The notes: generated by a model from the sequence alone, not told the origin. DNA of 64,000 nucleotides from an uncultured Verrucomicrobiae bacterium (GCA_963731265.1 CAVSUE010000001.1:1408001-1472000), one strand, 5' to 3'. Positions 52,239 through 61,797 are shown, counted from the first letter of the stretch. Numbers and translations: made by a program.

Positions 52239-52291
52239 ATAACAAAACAAGAATAATTTGTCCTATTTTTAATAAAAAAAATTACAAACCA

Positions 52292-53260
52292 CTAATTATA
52301 GTTTATCTTTTTATAAAACCATACGCATCCATTATTGATATTAAACTCCCCTTCCTTGCAATAAAATTTTTTCTGCGGCGCGCCTTGATTTAGGGCCCCA
52401 ACAATCCCTTCGATGATCTCACGGGACAAGGAAATCTTTTCTTGCTCCAACCAGCCTTTGAGTAAAAATTTTAATCGGATCGCCGGCATAGGAAGAACGG
52501 CAGTTAGATCCAGGCGGTCCCCGCTGATCGATTCCAGGATAGGCCTGTTCAAATCCTGGAAGTATTTCTTCAGCTCTTTCGCCTCCTCGCCCAATCGGCA
52601 GAGATTAGCCGCGATCTTTTTCCCAAAAGAGGCGGTGATCATCGGGAACAGCTCCTCCCGCATTTTTCCACGCAAAAACTTTAAACTTAGGTTGGTCGAG
52701 TCATCGAAGTAATTTAAATTTCTTTTAGACAGCCAATGGAGGATTTCCTTTTTTTCTGTGAACAGCAAAGGGCGCCAAACTTGCATTCGCTCAAGAGTAA
52801 TTTCTAAACAGAGTCCACTGAGGGAAAAAAGAGAAGCCCCTTCAAAGACGCGCTTTAAAACGGTTTCAGATTGATCCCCTGCATGGTGGCCAAGCAATAA
52901 AGCCTGCGCCCCTATTTCCGAATAAATCGTTTTGAAAAATTCCAACCTGTGCCGTCTTCCCTGTTCCTCTGTATTTCCGGGATGAAAATCACTTAATGAG
53001 AGTGAGTTAAGATGAAAAGGCAAGTTAAAAGCAGCCATTTCCCTTCGGATCGTTTCCCCTTCTTCTTCGCTTTCTTTTCGCCAGCCATGATCGATATGGG
53101 CGGCATGCAGCTCTAAAGAAAAAAAACGACGGCATTCGAGAAGCATATGGAGAAGAGCTTTAGAGTCTGGCCCGCCGGAATATCCGATTAAGAGGGGTTT
53201 GCCCGGAATGAGCCTGCCAGTTAAAAATTTCCTCAATTGCAGGAGCAATAGGTCTTTCAT
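52292..53260 (-). CDS. tilS: tRNA(Ile)-lysidine synthase
   Basis: SGGPDS, HIDHGWR, GHHAGDQSET, RPLL, D.TN. Confidence 0.95.
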   Translation of the reverse strand: MKDLLLLQLRKFLTGRLIPGKPLLIGYSGGPDSKALLHMLLECRRFFSLELHAAHIDHGWRKESEEEGETIRREMAAFNLPFHLNSLSLSDFHPGNTEEQGRRHRLEFFKTIYSEIGAQALLLGHHAGDQSETVLKRVFEGASLFSLSGLCLEITLERMQVWRPLLFTEKKEILHWLSKRNLNYFDDSTNLSLKFLRGKMREELFPMITASFGKKIAANLCRLGEEAKELKKYFQDLNRPILESISGDRLDLTAVLPMPAIRLKFLLKGWLEQEKISLSREIIEGIVGALNQGAPQKKFYCKEGEFNINNGCVWFYKKINYN

Positions 53261-53277
53261 AATGAATAGTGTAAACC

Positions 53278-53325
53278 AGCTTATCGTTACCCACAACCTC
53301 CGTTTCATGGGGGTAATGATCAGCT
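53278..53325 (+). mobile_element. MITE family C, 48-bp copy 2, with 5-bp TSD
   Basis: AGCTTATCGTTACCCA..GGGTAATGATCAGCT; AAACC at 53273-53277 and 53326-53330. Confidence 0.75.
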
Positions 53326-53403
53326 AAACCCGGCAAGGAAAAGATTCCCCTTTTTTCTTATGGTTTGAATCGCTTAAAATTACCTAAAAAATTAGGGAAG
53401 CAC

Positions 53404-54498
53404 ATGCCGCTTGTTTGGCGTTATCTCTTACGCAATTTTTTCCAGGTATTCCTCCTTTGCGTCGCTTCTTTCGTCAGCATCCTCATCGTTCTGCGCTTTC
53501 AGGATATCGCCCGTTTCGCCACTTCAGGGGCCCCCAAGCTCAAAGTCTTCCTGTTTACGCTCCTTCAAATCCCCCATATTCTGCCCATTGCTATTCCCGT
53601 CTCGGCTTTGATCGCAGCCATTCTTCTTTTTCAGCGCCTAAGCACAACCCACGAATTGACTGCTTTCCGCGCGTGCGGCCTGGGGTTGAAATCGTTGACA
53701 ACTCCCCTCTTTTTTGCAGGTTTGTTCCTGATGCTGGTCAATTTTACGATTGCGGGAGAACTTTCGCCGCGCTGCCGCGCCTATTCCAAGACTTTGATAT
53801 ACGAAATGGCGATGTCCAATCCCCTCTTCGTTCTCCAAAAAGAGAGCTTGATCAAATTAAAAAATGCATTTTTCGATATCGGCGTATTGAAGGCGAACCG
53901 CTATGCCGAAGAGGTCCTGCTCGTCGTCAAAAATTCTTCCAACGAGCGTTTGACGCTGATGTCGGCCAAACAGCTCACCTTGAAAGGAGATCTTCTTAAA
54001 GGGGAGCAAGTGGCCTTAATTTCAAGCATCGATCCGAAGAGAGAAGAGGGATTTGACCATCTTGTCATCGAGAATCAAGCGGAGATGATCACAAAAGCGT
54101 CGAATTTAAGCCAATTCCTGCAAAGCGCTGATTGGGCGATGAGTTACGAATATCTCCCCGTCAGGATGATCGTCGCACACGACTACATCGAAAAGCAGCG
54201 TTTTTCACTCGGCCGGAGCGCGAGGGAAGAAATTGCCCGCCGCATCTCCCTGTCTTTAGCGGCATTGACATTCACTTTAATCGGGACTGCCTTCGGAATG
54301 CAGATTAGCCGCAATCGCTCCAAAAAAGGGATCTGTTGGGCAATCGGCCTGGCAGCCTTTTATCTCGTCTGCTTTATCTCCGCCAAATCCCTTCGCCATA
54401 CGCCGCTGCTTTCGATCTCGATCTATCTGCTGCCCCATCCGATTATCCTATTCTTCTCATTGCGCGGTCTTAAAGCGATCCGCCAGGGAGTAGAATGA
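53404..54498 (+). CDS. lptF: LPS export permease LptF/LptG family
   Basis: WRYLL start, 'ELTAFRACG', 3+3 TM layout. Confidence 0.85.
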   Translation: MPLVWRYLLRNFFQVFLLCVASFVSILIVLRFQDIARFATSGAPKLKVFLFTLLQIPHILPIAIPVSALIAAILLFQRLSTTHELTAFRACGLGLKSLTTPLFFAGLFLMLVNFTIAGELSPRCRAYSKTLIYEMAMSNPLFVLQKESLIKLKNAFFDIGVLKANRYAEEVLLVVKNSSNERLTLMSAKQLTLKGDLLKGEQVALISSIDPKREEGFDHLVIENQAEMITKASNLSQFLQSADWAMSYEYLPVRMIVAHDYIEKQRFSLGRSAREEIARRISLSLAALTFTLIGTAFGMQISRNRSKKGICWAIGLAAFYLVCFISAKSLRHTPLLSISIYLLPHPIILFFSLRGLKAIRQGVE

Positions 54499-55577
54499 AG
54501 ATCTGGCAGCGGTATCTTTTAAGCGAAATTTTGAAGGTTTTTTTCCTGTTCTTGAGCTGCTTCTTTTTTCTCTACGCATTGATCGACTATTCGATGCATA
54601 TGCAGGATTTCTTCGCCAACAAGAGCGTTCAGATCTCCCACATCGCCGTTTATTATTTTTTCCATTTCGTCAAACGCGCCGATCTGCTCATCCCGCTAGC
54701 ATTGCTCATTTCTACGCTGAAGGTCCTTTTCTCCTTAAATTCCCGCGGCGAGCTCATCGCCTTGCAGTCCTCCGGCCTTCCCCGGAAAAAGATCCTCCGC
54801 CCTTTCTTTTTTATCGCGTTGCTATGCGTCCTTTTCAATTTGGCCAGTTCCGAGTTTCTTCTTCCCTCCAGCCTAAATTTTCTCGACCGCTTTCGAAGGG
54901 AGCACTTTAAACACCGCGATGAAGACCGCTATAAAGAACCCGTCCACGTGCTGCGGCTTAAGGACCATTCGAAAATTATCTATCAGACGGCCGATGCGGA
55001 CAAAAAAACGTTCCACGATGTGTTTTGGGTTCGCTCCGCCGATGAGATATGGCGCATCAAATCGTTGTCCATCGATCCGGAAAATCCCGTGGGCTTCTAC
55101 GTCGACCACCTTCAACGGAACAAAGAAGGCAATTTTGAAAAAGCGGAATCGTTTGAACAATACCGCTTTGCAAAATTCCGCTGGCAGCCCGATCCGACAG
55201 GCAAAGGATATACTCCGTTGGAAAACCGGCGGCTCAGCGAACTGATCGGCATGCTCATTCAAAAAACAAAGACGACCGCTTACGAATATCCTCAAGTGTT
55301 GACCCATGTCCTCTTCAAGCTCGCCATGCCTTTTCTCGCTCTGTTTGTCGTTGTTGCCGGAGCCCCCTTTTGCTTCCGCTATTCGCGGAATCTTCCGATT
55401 TTTATCACCTATGCCATTGCTCTATTCGGCTTTGTCGCCTTTTTTACTTTAATGGATGCCGCTGTGATCTTGGGAGAAAATCTTGTCGTCTCTCCCTATC
55501 TTGTCATTCTCAGCCCCATCATGCTGTGCGGAGCAGGATTTGGATGGAAATATTATCGAACATGTAAGGGTTTTTAA
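54495..55577 (+). CDS. lptG: LPS export permease LptF/LptG family
   Basis: MKIWQRYLL, 'GELIALQSSG'; ATGA overlap with the upstream gene. Confidence 0.85.
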   Translation: MKIWQRYLLSEILKVFFLFLSCFFFLYALIDYSMHMQDFFANKSVQISHIAVYYFFHFVKRADLLIPLALLISTLKVLFSLNSRGELIALQSSGLPRKKILRPFFFIALLCVLFNLASSEFLLPSSLNFLDRFRREHFKHRDEDRYKEPVHVLRLKDHSKIIYQTADADKKTFHDVFWVRSADEIWRIKSLSIDPENPVGFYVDHLQRNKEGNFEKAESFEQYRFAKFRWQPDPTGKGYTPLENRRLSELIGMLIQKTKTTAYEYPQVLTHVLFKLAMPFLALFVVVAGAPFCFRYSRNLPIFITYAIALFGFVAFFTLMDAAVILGENLVVSPYLVILSPIMLCGAGFGWKYYRTCKGF

Positions 55578-56372
55578 ATGAGTTCTACAAGCCAACTAGA
55601 GAATATCCCTTTAGCAGCCAGATATTGGAAATTCAAAGTCCTTCTCCTGTGCCATGTCATCGCCGCGCTACTCGTCGCCAGTTTATTTTGGCCCATCACA
55701 AAACCGTTTTGGAATACCATCGATGTGGCATTTTTTAAAATGGTGAATTCTACTCTCAAAGACCGCCCCCTCTGGCAGCTGTTTTGGGCTTGTGCCAATC
55801 ATAGACTTGCTGATTGGGTAGAAGATCTTTGCATCCTTGCCTTTTCCATCGCCCATGTGCGTAGCGCGCATCGCCATTTAAGGGCCCGCAAAATCTCCGA
55901 GCTACTCTTTTGCGTGCTCTGCATCGCGGCCACCCTCTATTTCGTCAACCGCATCCTTTTCCGCCATAACCTCGATATTCAACGCTTAAGCCCCACCCTT
56001 GTCGTAGAGGACAGTGTTCGCCTTTCCGATGAAATTACCTGGATGAAGATCAAAGACGATTCGTCCAAAAGCTTTCCCGGCGATCATGGAACGACGGCGT
56101 TACTCTTTGCTGCCAGTTTTTCTTTCATCGCGGGCTGGCGTTTGGGATTGTTTGCCTGTCTATATGCAGCATTTTTGTGTATGCCACGCCTAATCACGGG
56201 CGCCCATTGGCTCTCCGACGTCGTTGTCGGCAGCGGCGCGATCACCATCGTCTGTTTAAGCTGGGCCTTTTGCACCCCGTTGTTTACCCGGTTTACGGAT
56301 AGATGCGAGAAGTTTTTTAACTGGATAGGCAGCAAGATAAAAAAACTCTCTAACCCTAATCGTTATCCTTAG
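55578..56372 (+). CDS. PAP2-family membrane phosphatase/phosphotransferase, LpxT-like
   Basis: R.SPT, SFPGDHG, PRLITGAHWLSD. Confidence 0.8.
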   Translation: MSSTSQLENIPLAARYWKFKVLLLCHVIAALLVASLFWPITKPFWNTIDVAFFKMVNSTLKDRPLWQLFWACANHRLADWVEDLCILAFSIAHVRSAHRHLRARKISELLFCVLCIAATLYFVNRILFRHNLDIQRLSPTLVVEDSVRLSDEITWMKIKDDSSKSFPGDHGTTALLFAASFSFIAGWRLGLFACLYAAFLCMPRLITGAHWLSDVVVGSGAITIVCLSWAFCTPLFTRFTDRCEKFFNWIGSKIKKLSNPNRYP

Positions 56373-56461
56373 CTCCCTTTCTTGAGGTACGCGAGGTAAG
56401 CAGCTATGGGCGAGACAGAGGGTCCATAGGGCAAAGCCGTAGCCCCGGGTAATGATCAGGC
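56354..56461 (+). mobile_element. MITE family C, degenerate copy 3, with 5-bp TSD
   Basis: CCCTAATCGTTATCCTTAGCTCCCTTTCT..GGGTAATGATCAGGC; TCTAA at 56349-56353 and 56462-56466. Confidence 0.75.
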
Positions 56462-56462
56462 T

Positions 56463-56981
56463 CTAAGCCTGCCGCGTGAGATAAAACATTTTGATCTTTT
56501 GTGAGTGAAACTAATCCGCCACAACCCTCTTCACCACCTCCATCTCAAAAGGCTTGCGTGAACCCAGGCCTTAAGGCCTGGGATTAAGTTGGGGCCGCGC
56601 TTCATACTCGGCCCAACATTGTTTTTGAAAATACCCGGCCCTTAAGGGCCGGGTTTCCGCCAGAGGACGGATGAAAACACATCGAGATATGCATCCCCAT
56701 TCTTATCGACGAAATGGCCTGTGATGGGACTGGTTTCGATCAATTGGACTAAAGAATACCCTGCCTTGCTGAGGTCGTGCGTGGCAAAATGCTCTAAAAC
56801 AGGTTCCTCATACGACCCCATGTCGATTTTTTTCAGAGCGTTTTAAAGAATGACGCTAAATTTTCGCGGTTTGTAATTTCCTCACGGTTGCACCCTTGGC
56901 AATCAAGGATGAGATGATATCCCCGATATCCTCACTTTCTTGTAAAGATGGGCTTCTCCTGATTAGTAAAATTTCAGACAT
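56463..56981 (-). pseudogene. speD: S-adenosylmethionine decarboxylase proenzyme pseudogene
   Basis: Manual translation: GYHLILDCQGCN.../LKKIDM..HFATHDLSKAGYSLVQLIETSPITGHFVDKNGDAYLDVFS|CKPFEMEVVKRVVAD*FHSQKIKMFYLTRQA*; frameshift near 56835, internal TAG at 56511-56513, and an insertion. Confidence 0.85.
56558..56670 (-). mobile_element. 113-bp non-autonomous IS200/IS605-type palindrome element (PATE-like)
   Basis: Subterminal hairpins ACCCGGCCC-TTAA-GGGCCGGGT and CCCAGGCC-TTAA-GGCCTGGG; inserted 3' of TTCAT, ends in TCAC, no TSD. Confidence 0.8.
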
Positions 56982-57065
56982 TAGCAAAACGACATTTTCT
57001 CTCCACTAGAAGAATTTTGCCGGAGTTGATAAGCTGCCGAAATAGTTTTGCTTGAGGTGAAATTT

Positions 57066-58595
57066 ATGGCCAGCGCTTATGACAAATTGCATTCCTTATC
57101 GAAAACAATGGCTCTCATGGCTTCCGTGGAAGGGCTGCTGGATTGGGACCAGGAAACATTTATGCCCAGAGACGGTATCGAAATGCGTTCTCAGCAATCT
57201 GAAATTCTCGCGAGCCTTGTTCACCGGCAAAGAACGAGCAAACCTTTTGCCAAAGCGCTTGCTTCTCTCATCGATCTTGAAACAGGAGAGATCAAAGACG
57301 ATAGGCTGCCTCCCTCGCAAATCGCTGCACTGCGAGAATGGCGCCGTGATTATCTCAAAGCGATCAAACTGCCCAATGCCTTCGTTAAACAATTTGCCAA
57401 AACCACTTCGACAGCATGCCATGTGTGGAAAACAGCAAAAGAGCATAATGATTTTAAAACTTTTGCAAAGCATCTGGAAAAAGTGATCTCCTTAAACAGG
57501 AAAAAAGCAGATATTTTGGGCTTCACAGAACACCCCTACGATGCCTTGCTCGATTTATATGAGCCTGAAATGACGACCTCTTTTCTCACCCCCTTATTCA
57601 GCCGTTTGAAACTTCCTCTCACGCAGCTGATTAAAGACATCAGCGCAAAGACTCCTTTTCAGGAAGATTTTCTCTTTCGCCATTGCCCCAAACACAAGCA
57701 GCTCGATTTTTCGCATAAAATCTTACATAAAATGGGATTTCACCCCGCATCATCCAGGCTTGACGTTTCCGTTCATCCGTTTTGCAATGGAATGCATCCA
57801 AAAGACACGCGCATGACGACGAAGGTGCATCCCGAGAATATCATGACCTGCATCGGGGCGGTCCTGCACGAGGGCGGCCACGGCCTTTACAACATGAACT
57901 TAAATGTAGAACAGTTCGGCTCCCCTCTTTGCCAGCAGGTCTCGCTCGGCATCGATGAAAGTCAGTCCCGCTGGTGGGAGACTCTGATCGGACAAAGCTA
58001 TTTTTTCTGGCAGCACTTTTTCCCGCTCCTTCAAGAAGAATTACCCGAGCAATTCGGCGGCGTCCTTCTGGAAGACTTTTATCATGCGATCAATGCCGTC
58101 AAGCCAGGCTTCATCCGCATCGAGGCCGACGAAGTGACCTACAATCTTCATGTTATTGTTCGTTTCGAGCTCGAAAAAGCTCTGATTGAAGGCACGTTAA
58201 AAGTGAAAGAGATCCCCGATGCCTGGAATGCAAAAATGAGAGAATACTTAGGAATCAGCCCTGAATTCGACGGCCAAGGCTGTTTACAGGACATTCACTG
58301 GTCATTGGGATTCATTGGCTACTTTCCCACCTACACGCTCGGCAACCTCTACTCCGTCCAATTTTTCAATGCCTTCGAAAAGGCCCATCCCAATTGGAAA
58401 GAGCATTTGGCCAAAGGATCGCTCGATTTTATCCGCGATTGGCTCAAAGAAAATATCCACAAATATGGAAGACAGTTCACCCCTGGCGAACTCTGCCAAA
58501 GAGTCACCGGGAAAGCACTGAGCGAAGAACCCTACGTGTCCTATTTGAAAAAGAAATACGGGACACTCTATCGCTTATATACTGCTTCCACTTGA
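57066..58595 (+). CDS. M32 family carboxypeptidase (carboxypeptidase Taq-like)
   Basis: HPF, HEGGH, ESQSR, IRIEADE, QDIHW, GYFPTY. Confidence 0.95.
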   Translation: MASAYDKLHSLSKTMALMASVEGLLDWDQETFMPRDGIEMRSQQSEILASLVHRQRTSKPFAKALASLIDLETGEIKDDRLPPSQIAALREWRRDYLKAIKLPNAFVKQFAKTTSTACHVWKTAKEHNDFKTFAKHLEKVISLNRKKADILGFTEHPYDALLDLYEPEMTTSFLTPLFSRLKLPLTQLIKDISAKTPFQEDFLFRHCPKHKQLDFSHKILHKMGFHPASSRLDVSVHPFCNGMHPKDTRMTTKVHPENIMTCIGAVLHEGGHGLYNMNLNVEQFGSPLCQQVSLGIDESQSRWWETLIGQSYFFWQHFFPLLQEELPEQFGGVLLEDFYHAINAVKPGFIRIEADEVTYNLHVIVRFELEKALIEGTLKVKEIPDAWNAKMREYLGISPEFDGQGCLQDIHWSLGFIGYFPTYTLGNLYSVQFFNAFEKAHPNWKEHLAKGSLDFIRDWLKENIHKYGRQFTPGELCQRVTGKALSEEPYVSYLKKKYGTLYRLYTAST

Positions 58596-58744
58596 AAGTT
58601 AGCAAAATTTTCGCTTCAGCATCTTCATACGGCCTTTTTGTTCGTTTCCATCGATCATATGCCTGCACATTGTCTACTTCAACAAACAAAAAATTGAAGC
58701 GCTGAAATTGAAATTTTCTATAACTTTCAAGCGTCAGCAGTATA
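58578..58744 (-). mobile_element. MITE family A, copy 3
   Basis: Reverse complement of 6411-6595 without the extra internal hairpin; supplies the carboxypeptidase stop codon. Confidence 0.85.
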
Positions 58745-58753
58745 GACTACAAC

Positions 58754-58787
58754 AAAAAGCCCTAGAGATTTCTCTCTAGGGCCTTTT
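58754..58787. terminator. Bidirectional terminator
   Basis: AAAAAGCCCTAGAGA..TCTCTAGGGCCTTTT. Confidence 0.7.
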
Positions 58788-58810
58788 CAACGAGGAGGAA
58801 AATAGTAATC

Positions 58811-59203
58811 TTAGCGTTTGGAGAACTGGAAGCGCTTGCGGGCTCCGGCCAAACCGTATTTTTTGCGTTCTCTTTTGCGAGGATCGCGTGTGAGGAAGCC
58901 GAGGACTTTCAAATCGGCCCGGCGGTCTTTGTCTTCGAGAACTAGCGCGCGTGCAATGCCTAAGCGGGCCGCGATCATTTGTCCTTGGATGCCCCCTCCC
59001 TTGACGCGGATGAGGATGTCGTAGCGCTCAGGAGCAGAGACTTTCTGAATAGGAGCTAAAATCGCCATACGCTGCAGTTGAAGCGGGAAATACTCTTCGA
59101 ATTTCTTTCCGTTGACGAGGATCGTTCCTTTACCAGGGCGAAGGCGCACAGAGGCGACCGATGTTTTTCTTCTTCCTGTTCCAATGTTTTCTTGACCTTT
59201 CAT
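58811..59203 (-). CDS. rpsI: 30S ribosomal protein S9
   Basis: GTGRRK, GGG..GQ, FQFSKR. Confidence 0.97.
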   Translation of the reverse strand: MKGQENIGTGRRKTSVASVRLRPGKGTILVNGKKFEEYFPLQLQRMAILAPIQKVSAPERYDILIRVKGGGIQGQMIAARLGIARALVLEDKDRRADLKVLGFLTRDPRKRERKKYGLAGARKRFQFSKR

Positions 59204-59226
59204 AATTCCTTCTAGTTCGCTTTAAT

Positions 59227-59673
59227 TTAGATATTAACAGGGATCGGCGTCTGCGCTTTCATATCGTGCTTGTCGCCTGCAAAGATGCGTAATTTCTTCA
59301 TTTGCGCTTCGGACAAACGTGTCTTCGGCATCATCCCTTTGATCGCATGCCAAATGATGTAGTCGGGCTTTCTGCCGAGCATCGTACGATAAGGCACTTC
59401 GCGCATACCACTCATAGCGCCGGTGTGGTAGCGATAGATCTTTTGGGCTTCTTTAGCGCCGGTGACGACGATTTTTTCCGCATTGATGATGACGACCCCA
59501 TCCCCTGTATCAACGTGGGGGGTAAATTGCGGTTTGTGTTTCCCGCGTAGGATCTTAGCGACTTCTGCGGCAAACCGCCCTAAAGTTTTCCCCGTTGCAT
59601 CTAACAGGAGCCATTTTCGCATCGGAATGACTTCTTCTTTCGTCAGAAGGACGGTCGAATTTTTCTTTTTCAT
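59227..59673 (-). CDS. rplM: 50S ribosomal protein L13
   Basis: W.LLDA.GK.LGR, GKHKP.FTPHVD.GD. Confidence 0.97.
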   Translation of the reverse strand: MKKKNSTVLLTKEEVIPMRKWLLLDATGKTLGRFAAEVAKILRGKHKPQFTPHVDTGDGVVIINAEKIVVTGAKEAQKIYRYHTGAMSGMREVPYRTMLGRKPDYIIWHAIKGMMPKTRLSEAQMKKLRIFAGDKHDMKAQTPIPVNI

Positions 59674-59854
59674 GGAATAAGACCTTAAAAAATAGTTCAA
59701 TGATGTTTTTGTAAAGTAGAACTGCCAGTCTACTTTCTCCTTCATTTTTTTTCCAGAAATTTTAGGAGGACGTGGAGTTCTTGCCAAAAGAAGTTTTTTT
59801 GGGTAGACTTACTTCTCCTGGATTTAAAAAATATTTAACACAAAAAACCTCCCT

Positions 59855-61174
59855 ATGCGCGCATTAAAAACTTTTTTTATCCGCACCTACGGGTGCCAGA
59901 TGAATGAGCTCGATTCTGAAATCATGGTCGGGCAGCTGTTAAACCGGGGACTGACGAGGATCGATGACGAAAACGACGCCGACCTTCTCATTTTCAACAC
60001 CTGTTCGGTCCGAGACCTTGCTGAGAGGAAGGTTATGGGAAAGATCGGCCAACTCGGCAGAAGCCCCCATAAACGCTCGATCATCGGCGTCACCGGGTGC
60101 ATGGCGATGGCCAAGAAAGAGACGATCTTCCGCAAACTCCCCCATGTCGACTTTGTCGTCGGCACTAACAATATCAGCGAATTAAACGAAGTTCTTGACG
60201 AAGTACTGGTGTCGGGAAAGCAAATGATCCGGACGGATGACCAATTCGAAGAGAATTTGGACTATCTGATCGCCAAGCGGGACGATCCGGTGAAGGCTTA
60301 CGTGTCCATTATTCGGGGCTGCGATAAATTCTGCACCTACTGCGTCGTGCCTTATACTCGCGGACAGGAAGTTTCCCGTCCTCCCGCCAGCATTGTCGAA
60401 GAATGCCAGCGCCTTGTGGAGAACGGTTATAAAGAAATCACTTTACTCGGTCAAAACGTGAATAGCTACGGAAAAGACAAACCGGAATGGGGCTGCTTTT
60501 TCCACGACTTACTCTATCGCCTAGACAAAATCCCGGGCCTTGAGCGCGTGCGGTTCATGACCTCGCATCCCGTCGACATCACTCCCGAGCTGATGCAGGC
60601 CATACGCGACCTTCCTTCTGTTTGCGAATTTGTCCATTTTCCCATTCAGGCAGGGTCTAATCGTATCCTAAAGAAGATGCACCGTCTCTATACGGTGGAA
60701 AAATATTTGGAGAAGGTCGATCTGCTCCGGTCGATCGTTCCCGATGTTTCTCTCGGAACGGACATCATTGTCGGCTTTCCGACGGAGACCGAAGAAGAGT
60801 TTCAGCTGACATACGCTATTTTTAAACAGATCCGATATTCCGTTGCCTTCATTTTTGCTTATAGCGCTCGCAAAGGAACCCCAGCGTTCCGTTGGAAAGA
60901 TGACATTTCAGAAGAGGTCAAGCAAGACCGGCTGCAGCGGCTGCTCAACCTGCACAGCGAAATCTGCGCCGAAGAACGCCAGGCATTACTCGATGCAGAA
61001 GTGGAAATCCTGGTCGAGCGGCGCAATCGCGATGAAAAGCACCTAAAAGGGCGCACGCGCTGCTGGAAAAATGTGCTCTTCAAAGGCGATGATGCATTGA
61101 TCGGAACTTTGCAAACAATCAAAGTCACTGGTTTCAGCCATCAGACGTTGATTGGAGATCTTGTGGGGATTTGA
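59855..61174 (+). CDS. miaB: tRNA methylthiotransferase
   Basis: TYGCQMN, NTCSVR, GCDKFCTYCVVP, TRAM domain. Confidence 0.96.
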   Translation: MRALKTFFIRTYGCQMNELDSEIMVGQLLNRGLTRIDDENDADLLIFNTCSVRDLAERKVMGKIGQLGRSPHKRSIIGVTGCMAMAKKETIFRKLPHVDFVVGTNNISELNEVLDEVLVSGKQMIRTDDQFEENLDYLIAKRDDPVKAYVSIIRGCDKFCTYCVVPYTRGQEVSRPPASIVEECQRLVENGYKEITLLGQNVNSYGKDKPEWGCFFHDLLYRLDKIPGLERVRFMTSHPVDITPELMQAIRDLPSVCEFVHFPIQAGSNRILKKMHRLYTVEKYLEKVDLLRSIVPDVSLGTDIIVGFPTETEEEFQLTYAIFKQIRYSVAFIFAYSARKGTPAFRWKDDISEEVKQDRLQRLLNLHSEICAEERQALLDAEVEILVERRNRDEKHLKGRTRCWKNVLFKGDDALIGTLQTIKVTGFSHQTLIGDLVGI

Positions 61175-61233
61175 TCCCCTGGCCCCTTGGGAGGCCAGGT
61201 AGAATGAGAACCACGGATTTTTTCTCAATGAAC

Positions 61234-61797
61234 TTATTTCTTAAGAACTTTAGCAATTCCGAAGCCGGCTAAGAACCATCCGACGACAAGATCTACGATA
61301 TTGGTCAGAGCATAGCAAGCGGAAAAACTCCACCAATTCCAATCAGGTAGTTGACCTAAAATCCCCACACCCAGACCGAATAAGGTAACAAAACCGACTT
61401 GTTTCCTAAAAGGGAGGTTTTTGGTCTTCATCAGCATCCAAGTGACGATAAATGCGCCAATAATTTGTATGATCAACGAAATGAAGAAGGGAGCCAAGGT
61501 CATTTTGCCCATCCCCCTCTTACATACTGAAGCGAACACAAAAGGGCCTTTTTCCATCATTTTCATGCCATGCTCCATCTCATGTTGGGAAGTTCCCGCA
61601 TGGTAGGAGAATGTGTTAGGCAGAACATAGACACCGGAAACAGGAGTATTGCTCGAAATCGCATTTGCGACCTCAGACTCATTGGTAAATTTATTCAAAC
61701 ACCTCTGATGCCATGGAAAGACCATCCATGAGAACAATCCCCAGATGAAAACGATCAAGCCGCCGATCAAAGCGCACTTTAAGTGAGTTTTGGACAT
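61234..61797 (-). CDS. Four-TM membrane protein of unknown function
   Basis: GGLIVFIWG..SWMV.PWH, 'GVYVLP'; GGAG RBS. Confidence 0.75.
   Translation of the reverse strand: MSKTHLKCALIGGLIVFIWGLFSWMVFPWHQRCLNKFTNESEVANAISSNTPVSGVYVLPNTFSYHAGTSQHEMEHGMKMMEKGPFVFASVCKRGMGKMTLAPFFISLIIQIIGAFIVTWMLMKTKNLPFRKQVGFVTLFGLGVGILGQLPDWNWWSFSACYALTNIVDLVVGWFLAGFGIAKVLKK

Noticed and set aside
56558..56670. IscB omega-RNA/HEARO interpretation of the twin hairpins
   Set aside because: Too short, no adjacent iscB/tnpB, and fully explained as left and right ends of a mini-element inside speD.
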